Positions 24,698-38,200 of a stretch of DNA of 64,000 nucleotides are shown here, one piece after another (position 1 is the first letter of the stretch; each line of letters opens with the position of its first letter). Where the stretch lies: NCBI GenBank assembly GCA_963924565.1, contig OZ004615.1, positions 14,508,001 through 14,572,000 of the forward strand, given 5' to 3'. The translations under genes and the position numbers were made by a program. Below the pieces are notes generated by a model that saw only the letters and a program-made list of their open reading frames with translations, was not told the origin of the DNA and searched no databases. The stretch comes from Ascidiella aspersa (Eukaryota).

Positions 24698-26997
24698 GTC
24701 AGTAGATTTATTTAAACGATGCTGCTATATATTAAAAAAACACTGCACCTCTCTAACTTATATATATAAATTACAATGAACGTGTAATACGGCATCATAA
24801 TATAAACAAGGAGCTATACTGTGGCTAACAGTGCGAGTTCATTTTCTTTTTAGTCCTGAGCCGCGCGTAAGTTTTTGATGCGCAAAAACGATGCAATCGC
24901 AAGCGTCGATAACGTCAGGGAGACAGAGATTTGCCGCATATCGCTATGTTCCGCTTTCACCTTTACGAGCACGCGCGCGAGCAGCAATCGCGAATAAGCG
25001 AGCCATTAAACTCATTCGCTTAACCGCCACCCGTCCGCGATTAAGCGGCACGTTGCACACGGAAGGTGCGCCGAGCGTACGCCAAGGACCCAGCCATTAA
25101 CGCGCCATTTTCCTGGTGTTTTCGTTGCAGAATCGGCTGCATTATTTATGCCACTTTCCTTCACGCCTTCCCCGCTTGAATGTTCTAGCGCCATCGTCTG
25201 GGCAAGACGCTAAGGTATAATGTGACACTCGTCCGAAAGTCCATTCTCCGGGCAGGGCAGGTACAAAGTTCAATATTGAACAATTAAAGCAGTGATTAAA
25301 AAGCAAACGCAAGGTTAATATATTTCAACAGTAATATTTACAAATAACGCCACAGGAACGTGCTTTAGTTATATGTACTATTGAGATATTTTATATTAAC
25401 TATTAAGAAGTTACCAAAGATTAATTTAAACAGCCAATATTTTTTACTTTTTTACAAACATTTACTATAACAGTTGTAATTTGCGAATAAGATGAAAGAT
25501 GTTACTTAATAACAACGTGCATCAAAATCTCATCTGACACAATTTACCTATTTTTGTGGAGGTATTTAAATACGGAAGCCTAAAATCATGCAAACGTGAA
25601 TCCCTATAATCGACACGAGCTAATTGAGTTTTGCAGTAAGAGCTTAATTATGTCGAGTAGGATTTTCGTCCAAGTCCATGTTTCCACGGCGTCTTGTCAA
25701 TCTAGATTGCCGCTGTCGCATAATCGCCCGAATCAATCGCGATATGTTGCCACGGAGAAGGGCGAGGCGGGGTCGCGGGCGACGCCGAAAAGTAAATTCG
25801 TCCAAAACTTTTGGCGCAGAGTGCGTAACCGGACACCCCTCCCCTAATGCTCCGATGGCGAAAAATGTGAAGAAAATTCTTGCAAAAGAATCCCAGGCGC
25901 CAGGCGATGCATATCTGTTTAAAGGATAAATAATGTAATAGATGAGCCGGTTTCTGATTGAAAATTCGCCGGAAAAAATTTTACCAAAACGACTGCGATG
26001 CATGGTTAACGATGAATAATGTAATAGTCGATCTAGCTTCTAGCCTATTCCTTTCTGAAGTAATGTTTACGCAACTTTGCGTGGACCATCGCGTTCGGCG
26101 TCTTTAACGCAAGGTGAAATCATATCTTCGATTAAAGTATTCAAGTTTTTTATTAAGATTTCGGCGATAGTCGGCAAATGGATCTCGTATAACCACGTCG
26201 CCCAAAACTATCGATTTGGCGCGAGTGCGCGAATTTTAGTTTTTAACAAAGGCCTTAAAAAACTGCCGAAAATAGAACAAAGTATGTAGTTTACGAAACA
26301 GTGTCAGGTACAGATAAACGTGGGTTATGTACGAATCTAACGCATTTAAACTAGTGCTTTTCCATTTGCGATAGATTAGAGTTGATAGATTAGACCTATG
26401 TCGGTCGCCATTTTGATTTCTGCAATATGGACGATGTTGAAGTCCGTTCAGGAAAGCACTATTAAAGCGCATTTGCTCATTATATCGTTTAATAACAAAA
26501 ATTAATAAATTATGCTAAATTATTTTAATGAACGAATCATTACGATTGCAAAGTTTTCACGGTTTGTAAAAATCCATTAGGTTTCTTTCAAGATTTAAAA
26601 AGTATTAATTCCCGACGATTGACAAAGGTGTTGACTTTTTTGTGAAAATGCACAAAAACATGTACATTGAACTTAAATGTAAAATTGTAGTTTATAATTT
26701 GTAGTTTGGCAGTTACCCAATACAACTGGCTATTTTTGTTATTTCCTTAAAAATTTATTCTTTCATCTAACGCCTGGAGTATTTTTTGTGATACATTTCT
26801 TCTATAATTGAAAACGAGACAATATTGCTATGCTTACAAATTATCCTATCAGGTTTACCCTTGAAAGTTTGTTCCGCCTTCAGCGTGATACCTCTTCGTA
26901 GGAAGTCCAGGATTGGCGCAGGGTTGAAAATTAATGTTTTAGTCCAACGTTATAACACTGCTTTATATGTTGCAGAAATAATAGTTTAAATATCACA

Positions 26998-29900
26998 ATG
27001 GAAAGCAAGACTTTTCATCCGAATCTGTTGAAAGCCAAATTAAAGCAAACCTCGATTCCGATGGCACACCAACTACACAACCTGACGTCATCTTCTGGAT
27101 CCTGGGGAGCAGACGAAAAATTAGGAGGAGACAAATTAGCGTTGCCTACAGAGAGAAACAGCAACAACAATTCACGTCATCACTTGTACAGTGGCCAAAT
27201 TAACAGCAACAACCAGCAGCAGATGTTGGATCGCTGTTTGGATAAGTACGTTGATGTATCTGATGACGATGACTTTGCTTTCCACGAGGAAGATGAAGGA
27301 GACGATGGTGATGATGGCATTGTACTGGACGGCGACCAGGACGACGAGTCTTTGGTCGATCTTGATTTTGGTGCTGACTTTCTGCATGACAACCGGGAAG
27401 ACGATAATCGTGCGGCCCACGGCGGCTTGTCACGGAAAGATTCTAATGCAAAGAGATTTGAGAGAAATGATGACGGCAACTGTCTTAACGATTCCGGCAT
27501 CGGATGCGAACAGAGCAATTCCAGCGGTAACGTCACTGCACTCACACATAATCGTCAAAAAGAACAGGAAAACAACCACATGATGTTCTCTTTTCTATCA
27601 TCGGATGAAAACATTAAAGGTATAGCCTTCTAATTAAAAGTATATAACTGTAAAATGTGTTGTTTATGCTTGAAAGTATTTCACATGACTTAATCTTGAT
27701 AGGAAATTCTAAGTAGCGCTGACTTTATACCATCTTCTAAATAAGTAAGTTATTGTTCTTGCAATAGACTGCGCTAAGCAAACGTCCAATTCCAATGCAA
27801 AACTTGCATCTCTTTCGCCTCTACATTTTCAGAAATAAAACAAGGCTGTTCGCATTTGGTTAGGAAGCAAAAACTCTTTTTCTCGGGCTTTTAGATCGCG
27901 TCATCTAACCTAATTTAAGGGAAATTACGATCAATTTTGCAGTCGGTGCACGCCATAATCCCGTGTGGCAGGCAGTCCACCGAAATCAAATTTGTGTCGA
28001 TGTTTCGAAGCTACCCGAAGAACAAAAATGCACTTACTTGTAGTACATTTTTGATTATAATTGTCAAAGTTAACTTTGGAAAAATTTGTAAACGAATATT
28101 ATTATCAAACCTGTAAATAGTAAATAACCATACGCAACCAGGGACTGATCTAGGATTTTTGTTTGGGAGAGGGAACTTTTTTCAGAGATGACGTCACGAA
28201 TATACGTCATAACGTGACGTCATAAACTAATAATCCTAAAATCATTTGTTGTTCTTAAGCGATGTCGTTCGCTAATACAAAGCTGATATCAGTTCAATCG
28301 CGCACAACGCAAACAACTGCGTACACTTTGCACTGGCAAAATATTTTAATTTAAAAAAATACGCGACCACTTGGCCACATGAAAAGGATACGAATGTTGT
28401 TCAAAATAACGTCGTTGATGGACTAACTTCATGAGACAGAAAAATTGATAATGAACAGGAAAATGAACTTTGTATTCTTTATGAGTCACACGGCGCAACT
28501 TGTCGTATCATTCATAGCGCCTTTGAAAATAGACTTCTTTAAAAGACCAAGCATAGTACAAGGGGATAGAAGTTTTAAACTTTTTGGATTTACATATAGT
28601 AAAGACTGCGACCTCGTGCCTCATGATTTACCCCTATGCTACCCAATGGCGTATGTTTTCGAAAGTAAAAATCTCCCAGCACGCCGCAATTTTTTTAAAA
28701 AGCTATCGCTTGTAACTTTGATTTGTTTTTATTTCTCTAATAGTAATATAACAATAATAGCCCAGTTTACCATAAAAGTACTAGCTAGGAGATAAGTGTA
28801 GTCTTTATAATGACATAAACAGCGACCTCAGCAAATAGGCGGCGCGAGCACTAAGGGGGTATCATGGTGCCAGGTGGACGACTTTCCATTCAATATTAAT
28901 TCGTTGTTTGACCATAAAGAATTCCGAAGATGTGTCGCACACAGAATATCCACCAGCAAGTGGTTGCTAGTTTGCCGGCCAACCGTAAAGTGCCCGGTGT
29001 ATATAAATATTTTATCGGCACGAGCCTGGCCATTGGCTTTTAGTAATCTCGCACATGTTTTCGGTATAAATCTTTGACACACTCGTAGTGTCAGCGTCGT
29101 TGTTTACAGCATAAACGAAAGCGACTTGTAACGATGTAGTGAGACTTATTGCTGTGTATAAAAGTACGTGTAAATAATTAAAATAAACAAAAGCTAAACT
29201 ATGTATATATAAATAACGTTCAACTTATTACTGGGCAACTCTACAACTATAAATGATCGGAATCATAGTTTATATTTCGGATTATTATAACTCGCATGAA
29301 TACATTTGCCACCGACTATTCGCCTTTATCTTTACAACTAAAATATGAATACATGTTTTAAGATGCTACAATGCAGTACTTGAAGGCCATTTTAGATTTC
29401 ATTCGTTCTATCGCCATTTGAACTGTTTTAACATTGATTTTCAAATATTCACATAAATTAAAAAAAATGCATTAATTTATGTAATTTAGTAGGGGTATCC
29501 AAGTTAAACGATAAGCAAACCGTACAAGTACGTGTCATCCTACTACGCCATAGTTATTTTGAAAAATAAAATAAAACCAAGGCCAAGTGCCACGATTCTC
29601 TTTCACTATCCAACAGCGCGGCTTGTCAACTTAATGTACAATCGCAACAAGTTTCGGAAATGTTTCCTTCCCGTTTCGTCTTGTTCTTACATGAGGAGCG
29701 CATTGTTCGGCATGAAAGTCAAGCGTCTACGCAAATAGACTTTCGCTACCCGACTTGTGATCTACGCGAGTCGCTTCGCACCTAGCCCTGCGTGAAAGCA
29801 AAGACGCCGGTCACGGAATCGACGTTTCCGCAAAAGGACGGCTAATGAGAAGAATATTTGTTTACATTGGCCTGTGAGGGAACTCGGCAACCGTTTAATG

Positions 29901-32900
29901 TTTCGCCCGCAACCTTGCGCTTTCTTTCCATGTAAAAAAAGAATCGGTATATATAGGCTTAGGTTCGACACATGACCAACGTATTCGACTTTGAATCGTA
30001 TTGTAAAAGTAAACCTGAAAGTAACATCGCGAAATGATTCTCATCACTGAAAATTTTTCAAGCGAAATGAAACTCGCTAGCAGCACGTATAGCCTATGTA
30101 GTGCGTTGTCAACCAGTGACTTTAGCTGCGACTCTGAAAACAATCTTGCTGGAATTGAAGGAGCACAAAGTTCTCTCCCACTAATCAATAACGAAAGTAA
30201 CGAACTCGGTGTTGGGAGTAACAGCGAGAAATTTCGCAGAATTCTAATTGCCCTGAGTAAGTTTAAAACTGGCATCCCTTCATTAGATTAAGTTTAGTCC
30301 ATGAAATTCAAATTTTGCTTAAACAATCAGTACTGCTTTTGAAACTTTCCGAAATTAAAATAGGTACCGGTATAATTTTTTTTCAAAGACTTATTTTGTG
30401 AGGTGTAATGCACCGAATTGTAACATTAACCCTTTTATTCCAGCCGAAATACCCAAATGCACCGGATGCGACTTGCACATCTTCGACCGCTACATCCTCA
30501 AAGTACAGGAGAAGCCATGGCACGCACAATGCCTAAAGTGCGGCGAATGCGGCTGCCAGCTCACCGACAAATGCTTCTCAAGGGGAAACTATGTCTACTG
30601 CAAGGAGGACTTTTTCAGGTGGGTTTTGTCGTTGGCGAACCACACAAAAATATAGATAAAATGTGGTATCCAATCTAGCAATATGGAGGCTGACACTTTG
30701 GCAATAAAAATGGCAATTTAGAAGTGTGGCCATTTGGAGGCACAACAGAACTTTAACGAACTTGCAATATGCATTCTCACAAAATACTGCAAAATATATT
30801 TACGTCTCAATACACCTTATTGATAAGCTAGTTAGTTGTACCCGGTGTATATAATAGTCCATTAATTTTAAAGCAAATTTATGGAAAACAGACTAACTTC
30901 TTAAAAAATGATATATTTTATGTCTTAATTACAATTTCTCTGACGAGGCGATTAAATCTGTGTAAGGGAGGCTAGTATGTGCAATAAAGAGCAATATAAT
31001 TTATGTATAGAGCGACAGCGTGTTTGCTGTTATACACGCTAGACGAGCAAAGCGACTATACATCGTGTTTATGGCTAATTCATGACCGCGGGCCGTAAGT
31101 TTTTCTGCGCTTATCAGCATTGTCGCGAGCCCAAGGTCTTATCGGTCCGCACAAAATGACCCTTTACCGCCATTTGATCACTATCATATTCTTTCTGCAG
31201 GCGACACGGTACTAAGTGCGCCGGCTGCCAGCAAGGAATTCCGCCCACAGAAGTCGTGCGAAGGGCGCAGGACAATGTTTACCATCTGGACTGCTTCCAA
31301 TGCTTTATGTGCGAACAGGAGCTGGGAACTGGTGACCAATTCTACTTGCTCGATGATAATCGCTTGGTGTGCAAAAAGGATTACGAACAGGCAAAATCCA
31401 GAGGTAAACATCTTAGAATATTTTAAAATACATTACTTTTCGCAAAGTTATTAAAAAACACATTCCTGATTGAACATCCGGTGAGAAACGTATTTATGGC
31501 ATGTTGATCCAACAGGATTCAAAAACCCTGTCGTATTGTTATTTGAAATAAACTAACAACGGAGATAGGATTCTTTGATTATGCTGACGTTTGTCTACAA
31601 ACACAAAAAGGGAACAGTTTTGATATTTAAAACGCCATCGATTTTAACGCACTTTATCTTTAAAAGTATGCCGGCAGTGTTGTCAATAATATCAAAATGA
31701 CGCATTTTGCGAGCTATCCGATACTTTGCAGAGATGCGAATTTGAAATAATGACATGCTCGACAAAACCATTTCCGCATCTCAAGTTGCACTTATTGACG
31801 GCGCGGTAAATTCCACAACGACGCAAATGGGACGTTTAAGTCGTAAATTCGGGACTACGCGAGTCGCCATCGGGCTCGCGAAACCAATATTTCCCCGCGG
31901 AGCGCTTGCCAGCGTTTTCCCGCTGATCGATATGCAAGCCGCTTATCCGATTAGATGAAGGTATATCCGCGTCCAAACGACGTGGCTCCTTTCTCGAAGG
32001 CCGTAGTTGCCCCTAGCTTTGATCGCCTGGATCGATATCGTTGCCAACCATGAAGAAAACGAAATAGCCCATTTCCTGGGATGGTTTTAGCCACGTTACT
32101 GCATTCAAATATGACGTTATTCATTCGTGCGAAGCTTTGCTTCGAGCACAGCCTAATGATGGACAAAAATTAAACGTCAATGGTCGTCTGTCCTTACCGG
32201 CCTGTGGTGATTAACAATTCTGTCTCTGTTCTCAGATCTGGATATGGAAAACGGTTTGAAACGCCCGAGGACGACCATCAGCGCCAAGCAACTCGAAACG
32301 TTAAAGATCGCATACAACCAGAGCCCCAAGCCCGCTCGGCATGTCCGCGAGCAATTAAGCTCCGACACTGGATTAGACATGCGCGTTGTTCAGGTAATAA
32401 AGTTTTCCTTATGTATCGGCAACCCAAAGCAAGAAAATGTTCTTTCGGTATTTCGACTTCGGATTAAGTCTCGGGGTGCTTACACGATGGTGTCGGGTGT
32501 TGCTGGCAGCATGGCTTCTGCAATAAATTCATGCACGATCGTAGTTCTTAAAATGTCGAAGCGCACGAAAATTGCTCGTGTCTAATCTAAGGGATTATTT
32601 TGATCCAGCGTTCTATAATTGATGTTTTAAAAGCAAAATTGTAAACTGTGTATACTGGAAACGGTTGGACTGTAAACATTTTTATATTGGGGTCAAACTT
32701 AGAAATGATTACGCAAGAGGTACCGGTAATAGCATATTGACTTATTTTGGTAGCAAATGCTCCTGGCCGATAACCTTGTACAAGCGTATTCTTATTTTTT
32801 ACTTAACCATTACCGTTTATGCAGGTCTGGTTCCAGAACAGACGGGCAAAGGAGAAAAGACTAAAAAAGGACACGAACCGACAAAAATGGGGCGAGTTTT

Positions 32901-33773
32901 TTCGTAATTCAAACAACAGCACAAGCGGATCGAGTGCGCCACCTGTCGGCGGAAAGAGAATGAGAGGAAATAGTGACAGAAAAGGAGTTTCCCAAGAATC
33001 TACCCTAACCACATCACAACCTCCGTTGGGTGTCAACGGTCTAGTTGAAGGCTCATTTCCAACAAATTCTACCGGTTAGTAAAACTATTGTAAAATATAG
33101 CTTAGACGTAGATGGCGGGGTTGCGATATGTAAGCCTATTTTTAAGTCTTACTTACCTTATAAGAGCAGAAAAGTCGAACGGCTGATCAAAATTCATCTA
33201 CTTTGTTTTGCAGATTTTCACCCGATGGTTACCGAACTAAACAACCCAGCCAACAGAGTAGATACCCTCTCTATTCACGAAGGTACGTTCAGGGCTGGAT
33301 GCGACAATGAACAGGCTAACTTCTTATGCAAAATTGATGATGCGGCGTGTGCTGGTGGTAGCATCGGACAGAACTGTGCCTCCAATCAACCACAAACATT
33401 GCCAATGGATTACCAGGCGGCACCCCGTGCTTACGGAGACGGCCTTTCACCAAACTGCTTTGAGGGACAGACTGAACTAACCACTGGCAATCTGTTTTTT
33501 CCTGGTCGATTAAACGAAATCCTACCTAACCAAAGCAACCATCATAGCCTTCAGCATTCGAATAGTAGGTTGACAGTTGACCCTCGATCGGTCGGTGGTA
33601 TTAACCTGTCAGTTATGAATCACGGCCAGTTTCAAGGCGGTTGTACCGACGCATACCACATAAGGCACAACGAAGACGGAACGTCAAATAGTAGTGGCCA
33701 ATCAAATTTAAGCGACATTTCTTCAAGCCCGAGCTCGTGGTTCGGTGAATTCGATCACATTCCCCATTATTAG
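26998..33773 (+). CDS. Lhx3: LIM-homeobox protein Lhx3/4, long N-terminal isoform (~655 aa)
   Basis: Exons 26998-27619 (acidic N-terminus), 30444-30618 (LIM1, [16 protein letters not shown]...WHAQCLKC), 31201-31403 (LIM2, [30 protein letters not shown]), 32236-32393 and 32825-33074 (homeodomain, [16 protein letters not shown]...[18 protein letters not shown]), 33214-33773 (ends [12 protein letters not shown], like the Lhx3/4 SWLDEVDH tail). All intron phases agree. Confidence 0.93.
29580..30033 (+). promoter_or_regulatory. Candidate proximal promoter of the short Lhx3 isoform
   Basis: CpG-rich, with Fox site TGTTTAC (29859), TATATATA (29948) and Tcf-type CTTTGAA (29989). Confidence 0.45.
30034..30256 (+). 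CDS. Lhx3: Alternative first coding exon of Lhx3/4 (short isoform, ~522 aa)
   Basis: ATG-initiated open frame ending ...KFRRILIAL at a consensus donor (A|GTAAGT, 30257) in phase 1, matching the LIM1 acceptor at 30444. TATATATA at 29948. No phase-compatible acceptor was found that would make it a cassette exon. Confidence 0.75.
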
Positions 33774-34734
33774 CGACATTAATTTATAAGTTTTTATGTG
33801 CTTGTACATATTTATTTGGTTATCTACGGTCTATCACTGCGAAATTTTAAATATTTTGTTTATCTTTATCGACGCAATAGTTAGTGCACGGCACTTTTTT
33901 ATTCCGTTGTTATCCTGTTTGCGAATGCGACGTTCCCTTCAATCCTTTCCATTCATTCCATGTGAAAATGTTTATTTTGTGACCTCTTCATTTCGTGTGA
34001 CCCTCCACAAACAATGATGTAAATGAAGAACTTTTGGTGTGAAATTAGCAGTGTTTCAAATAAGTCAATTTTACACAACTTTACGCAAATTCCTTTTTTA
34101 AATAGCTTTCAGCCCCATGCAAGTCCTAGCCAGCACAACAAATTAGATTCAAGCCGAATTATTTGCATGTAGATTTAATCGTTTAACCCAGTACTTCCTA
34201 ACCCGTTTTATGCCCGGCGTACATAAAACTCGGTGAAGCACAGAAAAGCGTGATTAACACAAAAGTTAAATAATATAGATGTTATCGATTCACGCAAATT
34301 GAAAAACGCCTTTATGTCGGTTGAGCTTGGGTGAAAGTAAGCCGAAGCGGTCCGGAACGGCGTTCCGGTAAAACAACTTTCGCAGGTTTCGCACAGGTAC
34401 GATAAAAACATATATTTTTATAACAGGCCATCCGCCATCTAGTTTAATGTGCTTAAACTATAAGATTTTAGCTGCATCTTGTGCACTCCATCTCACAAAA
34501 ACTCAGATTTAATTGTTTGGACATCCTATTAAGACGTTGCTTTGTGACGTCATCTTGAAAAAAATTCATGCGTTTCGGTAAAGACAATTTTTTTTGCGTT
34601 TCGGTAAGACATTTTTAGAAACATAAAAAAGGTTGGTGCGTAGCGCGTCAATTTTTGTATTTACGTAGGTAAAATAGGCAAAAAAGTGCAGTTTGTGTTG
34701 GGTCGTGCGTTTTATATCAAACCCTGCTCATATT

Positions 34735-36960
34735 TTAGTGTTTTTCAATCTCTAGGTCGCGACCACAAATTGGGTTGCCCTTTGATTCAAATGGGTCGCC
34801 TACTCCGGTAGTTCCCATTTAGAGTTGTTTTTATTGGTTCCGAGCAGATTTTTTTTATTGCGGTAGCAATACGAAGATAGGGTTAACATTAAAAAGTTCC
34901 TTTTTAGAAATTTGAATAGTGTTTTAATATGCCGGCGGCCCACCTAACAACTTTGCATGGCTCATCAGTTGAAGCTCAGGTTTAACTGTTAATTGAGTAA
35001 ACCTATTCGATCCCGAGTAATATTATCAAAAAGATTTCAGTTAAACAATTGAGCGATTGTCTGAAATAGAAATTAGGTCGCTTGTCTAATCTAAATCTAA
35101 ACAGTGGTCAACCCCAATCAACCTTAGTACATAAAAAATATTCTAAAATCAAAATTTCGCAGCACACTTTTGCTATCTTACCAATAATATAATAACTTTA
35201 CAATTCTACTTACCACACGACAAACGAGTTGAAATAGTATAAATTTTGTTTTAAATAGTGTCTTTTTGAAATTTCAAATGTTTGGGTGGTCTGTTTGTAA
35301 TGCAACTAACTTATTTTCCAAAATTTAAAAAGTTTCACGGCACACTTTACAATCTCTCGAAGCACACCAGTGTTCCACTGGACACAGTTGGAGAAACATC
35401 GGTCCAAACTCTAAAACAGAGGTGAACAATCTTTTAGCTGTTGACGGCCACATTGACAGTCTTTGTTTTCTCACGGCCGCCAGTTGAATTTCTTGGATCA
35501 CTCTTTTTTTAGGGATCAGAAATGTCGTTGAATCATGACGTCATAAAATAATCAAACTTATAAACGAACTAGTGGGAATATATGGAACTGAAATGCAGTC
35601 TAATAGCGCTTCGCACGAAAAAAATGTGTTTATTAGGTTTAAATTCGGCAAAACTTTTAATTCAATCGAAAGGGACTTAGGCACAAAGAAAAAATCGCAT
35701 ATTGGTAAAAAAACAGGTATTTATGTTCTAATTAAACAAAAAAATGGATTTTGTTGGTAGTGCGGCGCAACATGCTATGACAGGGGTTTTCAACCTTTTT
35801 TGCTCATGGCCCACTAAATTAGTAAAAAAATGACGTTGGCCCATTATTAATGTTTAATGAAAAACACGAGTTTCAACAATACCGTAAATTAATAAAGCTT
35901 GTACATTATTTCAAATGTGTTAGGTCGCCCCATACTTAATGACGTGGCTTGGGAGCGCCCAGGCGAGTATCTCAATATATAAAGCGGGCATAAAATATTC
36001 TTGGCAGCCAATAGAAAAAAGAGCATGTTATAAAAAAATGCGACGAAGGCGCCGAAAATTTCACGTATTACATTCCTTTAACGTATTACATCTTCAAATT
36101 TTACGTATTACCTCTTTCTGATTTTGCGGTTTTACAGACTTTCTGAAAATTTTTGGAGCCGGCAATAGATGACGGAAAATAGAGAGCTTTTAATAGCATT
36201 TGGAAATGAAATCGGGCAGGCGGGCATTGGTGCTTCGTATCTTGTAGCTTCAGATATTTACTAATTATACTATCACAAAGTGACAATAATATATTTACAA
36301 AGATATTTCATGGGTTTCGAGCGCATGGCTAATCTCCCTTTCAACGTTGGTGTAAAATTTGAAAACAATTGTTGTATTTTTATACTCCTCCTCTGGTGGT
36401 TCCTTATGGTTAAGCCGGTATTCGTTTTTGACGATAGAAGGTAATTTATGACGATAGAAGGTAACATAGGTTTAAAAAAACTTTTAAATATTATTTAAGT
36501 TCTTAAATTTACACCTGGAATATTACATAAGGTCAAAATAGTTACCTTGATGAGATATACATTTTTCGCGTTAATTCGACTTATTAAAAAGTATCCTGAA
36601 ACACAAGTAGGCCTAACACACCTACGGGAACGATGTCACGGCACACCGGTTGCGGAGCAGTAGGAGCACTTTCCTCCTAAACCAGGCAAAATTACTGCTG
36701 GCAAACAAAACAATAAACGTAACAATGAATAATACGTAAACAAGGCGATTATTACGTTTGGACACCTTACCGGCATCCGTACCACACGTTGGGTGGCGAG
36801 AAATCTAACACAATGTAAAAATAAATTGTTACAAACATAACATTAGGTTGAGGTGTTTGTTATTTATCTGTCGCACTCATAATGACATGATTTCTAAAAT
36901 CGCTGTATGCCAAGCTCTGTCGCCCGCAGAAAACACTGACATGGCCCACTGCTGGGCCTA
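34735..36960. mobile_element. Cluster of fragmented or nested hAT-type MITEs between Lhx3 and PKN
   Basis: Several hAT-like termini: TAGTGTTTTTCAATC (~34737), CAGTGGTCAACC (35102), CAGAGGTGAACAATC (~35417), CAGGGGTTTTCAACC (35781), CACGGCACACCGGTTG (~36637). Confidence 0.5.
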
Positions 36961-37909
36961 TGACATAAAAAAACGTCTAATTTTAGAGTTCTAATTTCAG
37001 CACTAGGTAAAACGCAAGTTTGTATCAACTCATACAGTCTGTAGTTTATGCTTTAATCTATTTTGGATTTTGGTATTAACAAAGTACAGATTTTGTTGCG
37101 TTTCTGGCCATTTATTCCTCAATGTACTTTAATAGGTCCTCTTTTGACCGTGCTTACTTGCAATATACAGACACACACATGAAGAAACACTAAAGCTGTA
37201 ATTCCTACAATTTAAAAATAAATAAAATCTTAGCATCGCGTATTTTAAAATATAATGCAAATTTAAAAAATGGTCTTTTAGAAAATAAACTACAATATAA
37301 ATTTACGTTAAAACAGGTATATCCTTGTGGCGCCTTATTATTGCAAAAATAAGGTCCAATTCGTAAGTTGGTATCGTTTTGAACGTTCGATTAACTCTTT
37401 ATTGATTTTCAACATACCTACTTCTGTATGGGCTTTGATATTCTTACCACGTCTTACTTAAGCCTTCAACCATTATGCCCCTAAGTTATAATTCTGAAAT
37501 GTTTAAATTCTCAAATTGCTACTCCTTATGTTAAGCAAACGTGTTTTTAAAACCTATAAATAGGTTTCGCCTTGATCAAAACGGTGCGCTCATCCACCTT
37601 AAAACGTTCTATCGAACAAGAAGTCTTAACGTCGGGCGTTCCTTGTTTAATTTTGTTTAAAATATTGCAGTCTATTGCTCTGTTTGGCACTTATATCAAA
37701 GTAGTACAACATTTTTAGCAAAATATTAAAATATATGTTTTACTGTTTGCCTTTGAAAAAGATATATTCGGTAAATTTAAATCGCCGAAGTGGTCACACC
37801 AGACGGAAAATAAACTTTAGATAATGCGCGGGGGAGTTGTTTATAAAGCCTAAAATTGCGAGGCTGTTAACATTTTGGCGCTGGTCTAGAATTATATCAC
37901 TTTGCTTTA

Positions 37910-38200
37910 CAGTTGTCAAAATTAAAATTACAAGGAAGAAATCCCAATATTTGCGTTATAGGGTACGAGTTAGCGTTTTGGTTGGTCAGGCTAGGTATTA
38001 TATTTATTTTCCCAATCCCAAAGAGATATCTTTCAAGCAATTTTAATTTTAACAACTCGTGTCGTGACTGTAAAAAAGTACAACTTGTTGACAAAGTTCA
38101 AATGACAAGGAAGGCATAAATTTGTAGAAAAAAATACAATAATACCCACTCCAACCCAAACGCCAACTCGCACTGTAACCCAAATATTGTCAGCAATATA
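37910..38200. repeat. Inverted pair of GGTTAG-like core units near the PKN 5' end
   Basis: 37945-38010 is similar to the reverse complement of 38125-38190. There is also an 18/19 inverted repeat at 37911-37929 / 38039-38057. Confidence 0.55.

Noticed and set aside
21680-26003. Arg/Ala-rich ORFs upstream of Lhx3
   Set aside because: They coincide with GC-rich islands, have no domain motifs and form no splice-consistent chain.
27172-27583. Alternative-frame and antisense ORFs over the Lhx3 first exon
   Set aside because: Shadows of the GAY/GAR-rich coding exon.
28139-28650. MITE in the first Lhx3 intron
   Set aside because: The left end is hAT-like (CAGGGACTGATCTAGG), but no convincing right TIR or TSD was found.
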